A DNA stretch of 59,945 nt from Tubiluchus corallicola (taxonomy: Eukaryota > Animalia > Priapulida). Positions 10,330 to 21,837 of the stretch are shown one piece after another. Within the stretch, counting starts at the first letter, position 1. Every line of letters starts with the position of its first letter. Made by a program: the position numbers and the translations under genes. Location: the NCBI GenBank assembly GCA_030141605.1, contig JAQGDQ010001136.1, positions 1-59,945 of the forward strand, read 5' to 3'. The notes beneath the pieces were generated by a model. It worked only from the letters and a program-made list of their open reading frames with translations, was not told the DNA's origin and did not search any database.

Positions 10330-11150
10330 AAACTAGCAAATACCCGGCAAAAATTTTGCTTATAAATACACTTATAATCAATAATACGCGAACATTCTAC
10401 ACAGTCCTCATTTATAACGCAAAGCCAGCAGCAGCAGCTTTTACTGAATTAAAGTTATAACGTTATAGACAGAGTATAATGGATGACGTCACAACAATGG
10501 CTTTGCGTCAGCAGTTTTCTAGGCGAAAATTGCCAAAAATAGAACATCTAATTAACTCGTCGTCACTCCTTTTGGTGGACGTATCCTAAAATATAGCCCA
10601 CATCATCGTGTAGCCCTTTTCTTCCTCTTTGTAAAGAGCCGTATATCCTTCCGAGAGTAACATATTACTTTACAAACTACATTTAATAGTTTGTGACATA
10701 TTAAAAGAAAGAACAAGTCATTGTCTTAGGATGATGGAACTACTTTACTGTTATCACTGGAACTTAGAAAAACTTGACAAAAAATGTTGGCAAAAACTGT
10801 CTCAAAAGATAAAGTTAATTTATACCACCACTGAACAAAATTTTTCAGGCGCGCTGGTAGCCGCCATTTGCTTGAAAATTATGACGTGGCTGATGGATTT
10901 CGTGACTTTCCGTAAGCGCATCGTAGCTTTTCGTAAGAGAGCGCAGCTTAAAGTCATTCACACTTTGGTAACTTACCTAAAATATTACAAAATAACCATT
11001 TTTTTCCAAAAACTTTATTATACTTCTGACAGAAACTGACAGTGCGCTGGTTTCCTTCAGTAAATTAATGACGTCATTGGTGGAAGAACGGACGTTCAAA
11101 ATGGAAGCGCCCAAGCATGAAGTGCTCGCGACTTTAAAGTGATTTTACTA
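10330..11150. repeat. Composite interspersed repeat; ~10330-10550 recurs inverted at ~47395-47620 and ~10835-11150 recurs direct at ~47760-48085
   Basis: Visible alignments, e.g. tcgcgactttaaagtgatttta and ggatgacgtca..acaatggctttgcgtcagcag. Confidence 0.6.
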
Positions 11151-11205
11151 ATTACACGAGGCGATTATCACACTTGTATTACGACTCAAATATTCAACAG
11201 CTTAA

Positions 11206-11830
11206 AGGACAAGAAAAGGGGCACCTGAAGTAGGTTTCTGAAAAAACCTTAAAAATTATACTACTTTACACCAATTTAATGCATATATCGTACTCGCGTT
11301 GAAAGGATTTTTTGTTTGTTTTCATTTTAAATCTCCCGCCTCATTACATCATAAACGCACAACGTAAATCAGGGGAAGAAAAGGAAATGTTAAACTATGT
11401 CCCAAAAAACTTTCTGTGCAAAGTTATGTTACTTAGTATTTTGTTTACCTGCTTGAAAGCCTTATGTGACTAGAGAAGAAAATTATTATTTAAAATGTTT
11501 TCACCAATTATTAGTAAAATGTTGTTGGCTCACCCTCCAGGGTGCGCCACTCACTAACCAAAAACCTGTTTTTAATCTTATTGACAAGATACAGTAATTT
11601 AAAATTCTACTTAGTTAATGACGTGTGCACTACAAATGCTCTGATTATTTTTTCAAACTTTACACAATATTATCTAAACTTGTTTCAAATGATTTATCGT
11701 CAAAACGGCTGCGTCTAACGGTGACTAAACTTACATGTTTTATACAGCGTTACTGCCGACACAAGTCCTGCATGCAAAAGGGCAGTATGTAAGTGATATA
11801 AAATGTCAAGACGATTTTCTATAGCTTTAA
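11206..11830 (+). mobile_element. Family C element copy
   Basis: Starts ttaa|aggacaagaaaagggg; colinear with 48538-49203. Confidence 0.7.
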
Positions 11831-11944
11831 TAAGGTAGCCAACAGTTCTGAAGTAGTGTAAATCAATGTAATTTTAGAATACAAAACAGAGAATTTTATT
11901 ATTCTATTGTTAGACCTAATAACCTTTTTTGTGTTTTGTTGCAG

Positions 11945-12058
11945 AAGTAAATGAGTGTGAGTCAAATCCATGTGAAAACAATTCTACCTGTGTAGATGCC
12001 CTAAATTACTACACCTGTATTTGTGCTGATGGCTTCACGGGAGCCTTGTGCGAACTAG
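11945..12058 (+). CDS. cbEGF exon 5 [38 protein letters not shown] (GC donor)
   Basis: ttgcag acceptor; 114 nt ends at AG|gcaagt. Confidence 0.88.
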
Positions 12059-12117
12059 GCAAGTATTTTAATAATAGATAACACATTAGTGAGACGACAC
12101 TCTAAACTATTTCTTTT

Positions 12118-12630
12118 TTAAAAGGGGACAGGATGATTTTTCATATACAACCCCATTTTCAAATACGGTAAAAAGTCTACATTTAACACCATTAATAAGC
12201 ATTTTTGATAATTAAATTACAGATTATAAAGTTAATTAACGACATGCGAGCCCAATTATTTATGACATCACAAACTAGCATAATTTTCAACATTAAAAAC
12301 ATTCCACGAGCGTGTTGCACGTGTTTACGATAATTGAAGTACAGTGCTACTGTAAGATACTCAGTATGTTGTACGAAAACTAGGCAAGTTTTAAGATAAA
12401 AATTCAAATTTCAAATTTACTCCTGTGCACTACAAATTTTTACTGAACGACTCCCCGTTTAGTGACGTTTCGTTTTAATGACGATTTTTTACTTTGCTGG
12501 AAGCTAGTTTTTATTTATTAACAACTTTTTTATTTAATTTGATGCATTAAACCATTACGTATTGCGTTATTCTGTTCTAGAAATGCACTAAAACTAGGAA
12601 TGTTTTAAAATAAAAATTCATATTTCAAAT
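12118..12630 (+). mobile_element. Interspersed repeat family D (TTAA-AG start); other copies ~3849-4120, ~22017-22500, ~34790-35155 (inverted)
   Basis: Shared gacaggatgattttt...cacgagcgtgttgcacgtgt core; similar spurious ORFs (QHARGMFLLLKIMLVCD). Confidence 0.7.
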
Positions 12631-13499
12631 TCACCACTGTGCTCACGCATGAGCTGTCGAACGTGTGTACTTCGTCACAAACTAACACATCTGAAATGAA
12701 GATTAAATTAATTGCACGCAAACAATTATATAGGAATATAATTACATTCACACGATTATCGTTTAATACACAAAACATTAATACACAATCTATAAACTTA
12801 TTAATTAAAATTCATAAACTCAAGTAATGAAATCATTAAGTCTATGGAACAGAATAAACCTACACTTCGCATGCAGACTAGAATGAATATGAATATGAAT
12901 ATGAATATAAGCATCACACTGTAAAATAGATTTAACGTACAAATTAGAAGTTCTATACTGAACACCCCTTTCAAACAAAATGTCAGTTTCTGGCCTGTAC
13001 AAAAGCGGTCGTCTCTGCTGTTTCACTGCTCCAGTTAGGACAATCCACGACAGTGTAAACTCTATTTCATTATTATTTTTGAATTATACTGAACACCCCT
13101 TTCATACAAAATGCAAGTTTTTGTTGAAGCCAAGTTATGCATCTGGCCTGTATAAAAGCGGTCGTCTCTGCTCTTCCACTGCTCCAGTTAGTTCACATCA
13201 TTCTTACACATTCTCTGGTTTCGTGGATGAATGTCAGAAGAGTTATAGACTGCTTGGCTTCCTCGTCTGCTGGTATCGAACCCACCTGGGTAGTTTTACC
13301 ACATGTTCGTGGATGGATGTCAGAAGAGTTATAGACTGATTGGCTTCCTCATCTGCTGGTATCGAACCCACCTGGGTAGTTTTACCACATGTTTTGCAAT
13401 TTGTGCATAAGTATATAAAAATATGGGATGCCTAAGTATATGGTCATTTCATTAGCTCTGCAATCATGGGTCCCCGCCTCTAATTCTGTTAACACAACA

Positions 13500-15692
13500 T
13501 TTTTTTGTATTAGTGCTGTCTTTTGTATTAGTGCTGTTTTTTGTATTAGTGCTGTCTTTTGTATTGGTTTTGTATTAGTGTTGCCTTTTGTATTGGTTTT
13601 GTATTAGTGTTGCCTTTTGTATTAGTTTTGTATTAGTGTTGTCTTTTGTATTGGTTTTGTATTAGTGCTGTCTTTTGTATTAGTTTTGTATTAGTGTTGT
13701 CTTTTGTATTGGTTTTGTATTAGTGCTGTCTTTTGTATTAGTTTTGTATTGGTGTTGTCTTTTGTATTGGTTTTGTATTAGTGCTGTCTTTTGTGTTGGT
13801 TTTGTATTAGTGTTGCCGTGTTGTCTTTTGTATTATTGTTGTCTTAGTGTTGTCTTTTGTATTAGTGTTGTATTAGTGTTGTCTTTTGTTTTGGTTTTGT
13901 ATTAGTGTTGTCTTTTGTATTGGTTTTGTATTAGTGTTGCCGTGTTGTCTTTTGTATTATTGTTGTCTTAGTGTTGTCTTTTGTATTAGTGTTGTATTAG
14001 TGTTGTCTTTTGTTTTGGTTTTGTATTAGTGTTGTCTTTTGTATTGGTTTTGTATTAGTGTTGTCTTTTGTATTGGTTTTGTATTAGTGTTGTCTTTTGT
14101 ATTGGTTTTGTATTAGTGTTGTATTAGTGTTGTCTTTTGTATTGGTGTTGTATTAGTGTTGTATTAGTGTTGTCTTTTGTATTGGTGTTGTATTAGTGTT
14201 GTATTAGTGTTGTCTTTTGTATTAGTGTTGTATTAGTGTTGTATTAGTGTTGTCTTTTGTATTAGTGTTGTCTTTTGTATTAGTGTTGTCTTTTGTATTA
14301 GTGTTGTATTAGTGTTGTCTTTTGTATTAGTGTTGTCTTTTGTATTAGTGTTGTATTAGTGTTGTCTTTTGTATTAGTGTTGTCTTTTGTATTAGTGTTG
14401 TATTAGTGTTGTATTAGTGTTGTCTTTTGTATTAGTGTTGTCTTTTGTATTAGTGTTGTCTTTTGTATTAGTGTTGTATTAGTGTTGTATTAGTGTTGTA
14501 TTAGTGTTGTCTTTTGTATTAGTGCTGTTTTTTGTATTAGTGCTGTCTTTTGTATTGGTTTTGTATTAGTGTTGCCTTTTGTATTAGTTTTGTATTAGTG
14601 CTGTCTTTTGTATTGGTTTTGTATTAGTGTTGCCTTTTGTATTAGTTTTGTATTAGTGTTGTCTTTTGTATTGGTTTTGTATTAGTGTTGCCTTTTGTAT
14701 TAGTTTTGTATTAGTGTTGTCTTTTGTATTGGTTTTGTATTAGTGCTGTCTTTTGTATTAGTTTTGTATTAGTGTTGTCTTTTGTATTGGTTTTGTATTA
14801 GTGCTGTCTTTTGTATTAGTTTTGTATTGGTGTTGTCTTTTGTATTGGTTTTGTATTAGTGCTGTCTTTTGTGTTGGTTTTGTATTAGTGTTGCCGTGTT
14901 GTCTTTTGTATTATTGTTGTCTTAGTGTTGTCTTTTGTATTAGTGTTGTATTAGTGTTGTCTTTTGTTTTGGTTTTGTATTAGTGTTGTCTTTTGTATTG
15001 GTTTTGTATTAGTGTTGCCGTGTTGTCTTTTGTATTATTGTTGTCTTAGTGTTGTCTTTTGTATTAGTGTTGTATTAGTGTTGTCTTTTGTTTTGGTTTT
15101 GTATTAGTGTTGTCTTTTGTATTGGTTTTGTATTAGTGTTGTCTTTTGTATTGGTTTTGTATTAGTGTTGTCTTTTGTATTGGTTTTGTATTAGTGTTGT
15201 ATTAGTGTTGTCTTTTGTATTGGTGTTGTATTAGTGTTGTATTAGTGTTGTCTTTTGTATTGGTGTTGTATTAGTGTTGTATTAGTGTTGTCTTTTGTAT
15301 TAGTGTTGTATTAGTGTTGTATTAGTGTTGTCTTTTGTATTAGTGTTGTCTTTTGTATTAGTGTTGTCTTTTGTATTAGTGTTGTATTAGTGTTGTCTTT
15401 TGTATTAGTGTTGTCTTTTGTATTAGTGTTGTATTAGTGTTGTCTTTTGTATTAATGTTGTATTAGTGTTGTATTAGTGTTGTCTTTTGTATTAGTGTTG
15501 TCTTTTGTATTAGTGTTGTATTAGTGTTGTATTAGTGTTGTCTTTTGTATTAGTGTTGTCTTTTGTATTAGTGTTGTCTTTTGTATTAGTGTTGTATTAG
15601 TGTTGTATTAGTGTTGTATTAGTGTTGTCTTTTGTATTAGTGTTGTATTAGTGTTGTCTTTTGTATTAGTGTTGTATTAGTGCTGTCTTTTA
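13500..15692 (+). repeat. T/G-rich satellite of 11- and 18-bp units (ttttgtattagtgttgtc) with a 1078-bp higher-order duplication
   Basis: Identical spurious ORFs start at 13723 and 14801. Confidence 0.92.
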
Positions 15693-15970
15693 TTGCAATC
15701 GCAAAGCACTTCAAATAACATTAACTATATCTACTCTTCTTACATAGTTACTGTTTATGATTATTGCATCATTTGTTTATTTCAAGCCTAGTTTTTTTGT
15801 TACATCTTCAACAGAATTGTGCTCGAACGAAAGCTGAGGAATCATTCAGTGAGCTAACTAGCTTACTATGAAACTCAAAACCTTTCTACATAATAAAGTA
15901 CACGTGATCGAAATTAAAAAAATGTTTAAATTTCTTAACTTTGATTTATTTGGGTGTTTGTGTTTTGCAG

Positions 15971-16084
15971 ATATTGACGAGTGTTGGTCACTCCCGTGTT
16001 TAAATGGTGCTACATGTATCAATCATATCAACAACTACACGTGTGAATGTGTACCTGGGTACACAGGTACAAACTGTGAAACAG
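15971..16084 (+). CDS. cbEGF exon 6 [38 protein letters not shown]
   Basis: ttgcag acceptor, G|gtaaga donor, 114 nt. Confidence 0.92.
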
Positions 16085-16436
16085 GTAAGAATATGCACCT
16101 GGGTGCACAGGTACAAACTGTGAAACAGGCAAGAATGTGCACCTGGGCACACAGGTACAAACTGTGAAATAGGTAAGCATATGTGCACCTGGGCACACAG
16201 GTACAAACTGTGAAACAGGTAAGAATGTGCACCTGGGTGCACAGGTACAAACTGTGAAACAGGTAAGAATGTGCACCTGGGTACACAGGTACAAACTGTG
16301 AAACAGGTAAGAATATGCACCTGGGTGCACAGATACAAACTGTGAAACAGGTAAGAATATGCACCTGGGTGCACAGGTACAAACTGTAAAACAGGTAACA
16401 ATGTGCACCTGGGTACACAGGTAAAAATTGTGAAAG
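16048..16436 (+). repeat. 44-bp minisatellite made of the exon 6 3' end plus splice donor, ~9 units
   Basis: Donor-like junctions after 16084, 16128, 16172, 16218, 16262, 16306, 16350, 16394. Confidence 0.93.
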
Positions 16437-16728
16437 AGTTGAAGGATTGAGACTAGCAGTTTTCCCTTCACGTTCATAAAAGAGATAAGAGAACGGTAAA
16501 ATGACCATTATTATGACAACAGTGACAATGTTGATGATGAAGATTAAAACAACGATAGACGGGAAGCTGTGAAGATGACGACAATGAGCAGTTGTGATGA
16601 CACTGATGATGATGATGACGAGGAGGAAGAAGAAACCAACGACAACAACGATGACGACGATCAGGACGATAATTATGATGATGACGATGATAACGATATT
16701 ATATTACAGTTATTGTTCATGATTTCAG

Positions 16729-16842
16729 ATTTTGATGAATGTTTTTCACTTCCATGCCAGAATGGTGCTTCCTGTATTGACAGCATTAACTCATATATTT
16801 GTCAGTGCATTTCCGGTTATACCGGTGTCAACTGTGAAAATG
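16729..16842 (+). CDS. cbEGF exon 7 [38 protein letters not shown]
   Basis: tttcag acceptor, G|gtacgt donor, 114 nt. Confidence 0.92.
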
Positions 16843-16867
16843 GTACGTGTCGCGAAATTCGTCTCAA

Positions 16868-17290
16868 AATTACTTCGCGTTCATTAACTTGACTTGTGAA
16901 TATTACATTGTTTGTCTTCTTGCTCATCTCTCTTTCATAATTTTTTCATCTCATTCCCTCCTTTTTTAGGCTTGTTATAACATTGAAATAGCTTAAATTT
17001 CCCTCTAATCTTACTGCACTTATTTGCTTCTGAATGACCTTTTACATTAATAGTGTTCTAGTTTTCTGTATTTAAGCTGTGTAAGACAGGTCTACCTTGA
17101 ACATTTAGACCTGTGGGCTAGCCAGGCTAATTGTTTCGCTTTGTTTTAGTATAGTGGTATTTTAGTATTGATAATAATTATGTTATTTGATTCTGTGATT
17201 GTACCTGCTAGTATAGTTATTATAATATAATTCTTCGTAACTTGTTAATGATTGTGTTGTTTGATTCTTTGATTGTAAAAGCTAACAGGC
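16868..17290 (+). repeat. Interspersed repeat family E; inverted near-identical copy at ~39783-40370 with an internal ~165-bp tandem duplication
   Basis: Reverse-complement match. Confidence 0.8.
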
Positions 17291-17480
17291 AAACTTTAGT
17301 TCGGTAACAGCTCCCCCCCCCCCCCATTTCCTTGCCCACAGTACGGCCTGGTGAGACTGTATGAGCTCTTACTGTAGTTTTTCCAACTTTCTTATTCTTT
17401 CTCATGTTATCGTAAGTATTTGTAGAAAACTGCATAACTTATCAGCGCCGCTGAGTAGTAACTTTTGCTCTAATTTACAG

Positions 17481-17594
17481 ATATCATTGAATGCATATCA
17501 CATCCATGTCTGAACGGTGGTTCGTGCATTGACGGAATCAACTCTTATACGTGTCAATGTTTAGCTGGATATACAGGCGAGGTGTGCGGCACAG
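17481..17594 (+). CDS. cbEGF exon 8 DIIECISHPCLNGGSCIDGINSYTCQCLAGYTGEVCGT
   Basis: ttacag acceptor, G|gtgaga donor, 114 nt. Confidence 0.92.
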
Positions 17595-17599
17595 GTGAG

Positions 17600-18040
17600 A
17601 TGCAGAGAGAGAGAGAGAAAAGTAGAAAAGGGAAAGAGAGCGAGAGCGAGAGAGAGAGAGTGAGTGAGAGTGAGAGAGAAGAAGAGAGCAGAGCAGAGGA
17701 AAGAACAGGAAGGAGAGGAGGAGAGAAGGTGTGAGACAGAAGAGAAGAGAAAAACAGGGGAGAGAAAAAGAGATAGAGTAGAGAGAGAGAAAAGAGAAAA
17801 CAGAAGTGAAGAGAGCAGAAGAAAAGAAAGAAAACGAAAGGAAAAGAAAAGAAAAACAAAGAAAAGGATAGGAAAAGAAAAGAAAAGAAAGGAAAAGAGG
17901 GAAAAAGAAGAGAAGAGAGAGAGTGAGATGGGTATGAGTGAGAGACGGGGACAGAGAGATGGAGAGAGAGAGATGGGGAGAGAGAGACGGGGAGAGAGAG
18001 ACGTAGAGAGAGGGAGAGACGGAAAGAGAGAGAGGAGAGT
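17600..18040 (+). repeat. Polypurine (GA-rich) tract filling most of intron 8
   Basis: Direct reading. Confidence 0.9.
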
Positions 18041-18079
18041 TGAAACTTTTATATATATTTTGCTTTTGTTTTAATGTAG

Positions 18080-18193
18080 ATATAGATGATTGTGCTTCTC
18101 AGCCATGTCTAAACAATGGAACATGCATTGATCATATCAGTTATTATACCTGTAACTGTGCTGTTGGATACACAGAATACAACTGTGCCTCGG
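18080..18193 (+). CDS. cbEGF exon 9 [38 protein letters not shown]
   Basis: tgtag acceptor, G|gtaaca donor, 114 nt. Confidence 0.9.
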
Positions 18194-18287
18194 GTAACAA
18201 AAGTTTACTGAATTAACTTGTGTAACATGCGTCATTATCGAGAAACACTTTTAATTCACACTGGGAACGTGGCACTTAAAACGTAGA

Positions 18288-19170
18288 CTTTTCATAGTTT
18301 TGTAGTGCGCACGCGCAGGTGTGACAGGTCAATGGTTAAGCGTAACACAGCAACGCGTCTTAACTACAGCGGTAACGTGACATGTGGGTAAGGAAAAGTC
18401 GCGTGTCGCGTCAGTTCAGTAACTTCAGTTTTTTACGTGAATTTTACTTAGTCTGTGTAAGAGTGACTTACCCAGGATCTTGCTTGGAAACAAGAAAAAA
18501 TGAACTAGTTAAGGTTTTAGCTAGCTGTTAAAACTGTTATTATTACAATAGCATGGGCTGCTACGAGGCGTTGTCAAGTGTACACAAATGCGTTGTCTGA
18601 CACACTTAACCTTTGACCTTTTCACGATCATGCTGGAACCGTGAAAAGGCTTATTACGCAGACTTTTCAAATTATTAACCGTAAGAACGGCATCAGTTTG
18701 ATAAATATTTCACAATATCAGCAAATTTTATAGCATTTTATAGATATTGTGGAATATTTATCAAAATAACGTTTAAATTTAACTGTGTATATATTCTCTA
18801 CTGCAAGGGTTAAATAATTGGTTGTTTTAAGCCCAACTTAAAATTTGAAAAAAAATCATAACGCTCCCACTGCACACTAGCTAGCAGCCATCTTCTGAGC
18901 CCAAGGTGCATTTGAAATTTTGTGATTTTTTTAATAAAATGCTAAAAAACTCATTAATATTGTGAAATACTTATCTAAATAAGGTCGAAATTTAACTGTA
19001 CGCATTGTGCATTTTCATTAAACTTCTAATTTTGAAGGTAATTCACTTCCGCAAAGAAGTTTGGGAGATGTAGCATACAATAGCAAAGACATTATTCTCC
19101 TATCTATGTAGATATTAGTTTTCATAAATATACATAAAAATTGTGAAAATATAAGAGATTTTGCAGTAGC
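18288..19170 (+). repeat. Interspersed repeat family F; second copy ~44408-45310 with inverted arms gtcaaaggttaagtgtaccacag / ctgtggtacacttaaccttcgac
   Basis: Colinear similarity over ~870 bp. Confidence 0.75.
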
Positions 19171-19253
19171 CGAGCCATCGCTGGAAAAAGTCAATGAGTT
19201 GAAGTCAAAAAAGAAAAACTACTAAATACTTGGAAAAACATTTTAACTTTCAG

Positions 19254-19367
19254 AGGTGAACGAATGCGATTCGAACCCGTGTTACAATGATGCTCAGTGT
19301 GTGGATGAAGTGGCAGGCTACCGCTGCATTTGCACCCCTGGATACACAGGAGAACTGTGCTTGTCAG
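19254..19367 (+). CDS. cbEGF exon 10 [38 protein letters not shown]
   Basis: tttcag acceptor, G|gtagtg donor, 114 nt. Confidence 0.91.
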
Positions 19368-19369
19368 GT

Positions 19370-19970
19370 AGTGTTTTGTCCAGTTTGTCTGTCCGTCTGT
19401 CTGTCTGTAACCCATAACCTCAATAAAAAATGATGTACACTTTGGTACAGGTTGATTTCCCTTATTACTGTGCTCAAAAAAGAGAAGTGAAGGCGGTGTA
19501 GAGGGGGTGGGAGGGTTAGTTTCAACGTATATTGCAGTCTGAGATAGTAAAAGTAAAAAGCAACATTTAGAACTTAATAATTTACTTAGGTTTAACACAC
19601 TACAACAAAAATTAAATTTAAAGCACTAACCTCAGTTAGGTAAATCGAAAAACCACAAAATATAATTTGAAGCAAACATACCTTAACAAACTACATTATG
19701 AAATTTGAAATCTGAATTTTACCAGCAGACTATGATACCTGAACTACTACAATAGCCCAACATGCAATAGCCAGGACTCCTGTTACACCTCATTAACTCT
19801 ATTTTAAACCCAGTAAATGGTATGTAAATAGATAGTACAGTAAACAGCCAAAAGATGGCAGCACCTCCCTAAGATACTACAACTTTCTGCAAAACTGTCT
19901 AAAAAAACCTTAATTATGCCGCAACTGCGTTACAAAAATGCATATTATCAAATTATTTCCTTAATAATAC
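19370..19970 (+). repeat. Segment shared with 55614-56224 (direct) and ~58710-59228 (inverted)
   Basis: Near-identical sequence; same spurious ORF MLNLSKLLSSKCC in all three copies. Confidence 0.9.
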
Positions 19971-20167
19971 AGGTAGTACCACTTACTTTATGGAAAATTG
20001 GCACCATAACATAGATATTACGTCAGTATTGGCTTTAGCATCCAATATTATCACTGCCAATTGAGGTACTTGAGAAAATATCACTGGTTTGGTCAGTTTA
20101 AGCAGTCTAAGCTTGAATACCTGATTCATCTGCATTCAGGGCCGCTTCAACACTTTACGGCAACAAC

Positions 20168-20422
20168 TATTTATCTATTTATCTATTTATTTATTTATCT
20201 ATTTATCTATTTATCTATTTATCTATTTATCTATTTATCGATTTATCGATTTATCGATTTATCGATTTATCGATTTATCGATTTATCGATTTATCGATTT
20301 ATCGATTTATCGATTGATCGATTGATCGATTGATCGATTGATCGATTGATCGATTGATCGATTGATCGATTGATCGATTGATCGATTGATCGATTGATCG
20401 ATTGATCGATTGATTGATTGAT
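20168..20422 (+). repeat. Compound microsatellite (ATCT/ATTT) > (ATCGATTT) > (ATCGATTG) > (ATTG)
   Basis: Direct reading. Confidence 0.92.
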
Positions 20423-20678
20423 TTGCTGATTTATTTTTGCTAAAGATGTATTAGATAAATTTCATTTGATAAAGTTTGTAGCAAACAGTTTTATTTTCCA
20501 AAATTTAAGACGCTGTTTGAAGCCCAGATGTAAACTGGAACGTCTAGTATAATGGAAAATAAAATATTTATATATTTGCTTGTTTATGTATTTATTGACT
20601 AACGTTCAGTTACTGAAAGCATTTCATTTAATAACTGAATAACTGTAGGAAACTGATAATCAAATTTGAGTAACGTTC

Positions 20679-21030
20679 CAGGGGCGTATCTGGACTTTAC
20701 GACGCCCTAGGCTGATAGATCTGCCCCGCCTATCTCTATTGTGAATTTATGAAATTATTGTATTTGCAAAGCGCTTATATTCAAACAGGCTGCGCAACTG
20801 CTTGTTGTGTAATACCTTTCACCTGTCCGTTATGTGGCACTTTCGAAAAACAGAGCTCAGTAACTGCCTGTGGTGTGTTATAAAATGTTGCCTTTACAGT
20901 TTACGTCAATATAAAAGTAATATACATCAACATATACACATTTTCCGAGGAGAATAAGGATAATGTTTTCTAAAATGTGACCCCCTCAAACTTTGGCGCC
21001 CTAGTTACCCTATTCGTTAATACGCCCCTG
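20679..21030. mobile_element. hAT-like MITE
   Basis: TIR caggggcgtat / atacgcccctg; no clear TSD; partial right end also at ~39440-39505. Confidence 0.6.
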
Positions 21031-21200
21031 TCTGTATTCTATCCAGTGAGCTGAAAACCACAATAGACAACGAATTTTAGAAAAAAACATTTTACATTTT
21101 TCAATGAAGCAGAGATGCTGGGGGGGGGGGTGCTAATAGAGACGTGATCGTATTTACTTTAAAAAAACGACATGACTGTTATTCATCAAATGGACAAAAT

Positions 21201-21697
21201 AGTAAAGGAAATTGTGTTAAATAGTGATTTTGATTAAGTTGGTGATTAAATTATTAAATTAATAATTCAAGATTAAATGCTTGACGATGCAAGATTAAAC
21301 TATCGTCGCGGCTAGAAGCCTAGTTAGGTGTGACATCACGTGACCAGCTGATGTTCGACCGGCTGACTCAGAAGTAAAGATTGATGATGTAATCCTTATG
21401 CGCAGAAGCTCACGGTGCATTAGGTAGTTAGACAAAAGTGTTTTGAGCCCCGCACCTCGGGGGAGATTAGGAACTGACTTGAAGACGGAGGGCTGGCATT
21501 ACTATCCTCTTATATTTACCGTGTTGTGTTTGTTGTTTAATAAATGTGTAGTTTATTAAATAAAGTCTTGATAGTTTGACATGCCCATCGTGGCTACCTC
21601 ACACGCCGCACAATAAACAACAATAATCAGCAAGCAGCTTTAACCACTATAATAAATAGACTTTAACGCAACCACTATGCCAATTATTTTACTACAA
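21201..21697 (+). mobile_element. LTR-like repeat family B (related to A), copy 1
   Basis: Inverted match at ~52870-53373; shares tggcatt.ctatc..ttatattta...aataaa.gtgtagttt...aattattttact with family A. Confidence 0.6.
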
Positions 21698-21723
21698 TCA
21701 ATGAAATCAATATTAATTTGCAG

Positions 21724-21837
21724 ATATCAATGAATGTTTGTCCGGACCTTGTCTGAATAGCGGGACGTGTACGGATATGATTAATCAGTATTCTTGCTCG
21801 TGCTTACCTGGTTACACAGGTTACAATTGTGAAACAG
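21724..21837 (+). CDS. cbEGF exon 11 [38 protein letters not shown]
   Basis: ttgcag acceptor, G|gtatga donor, 114 nt. Confidence 0.92.
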
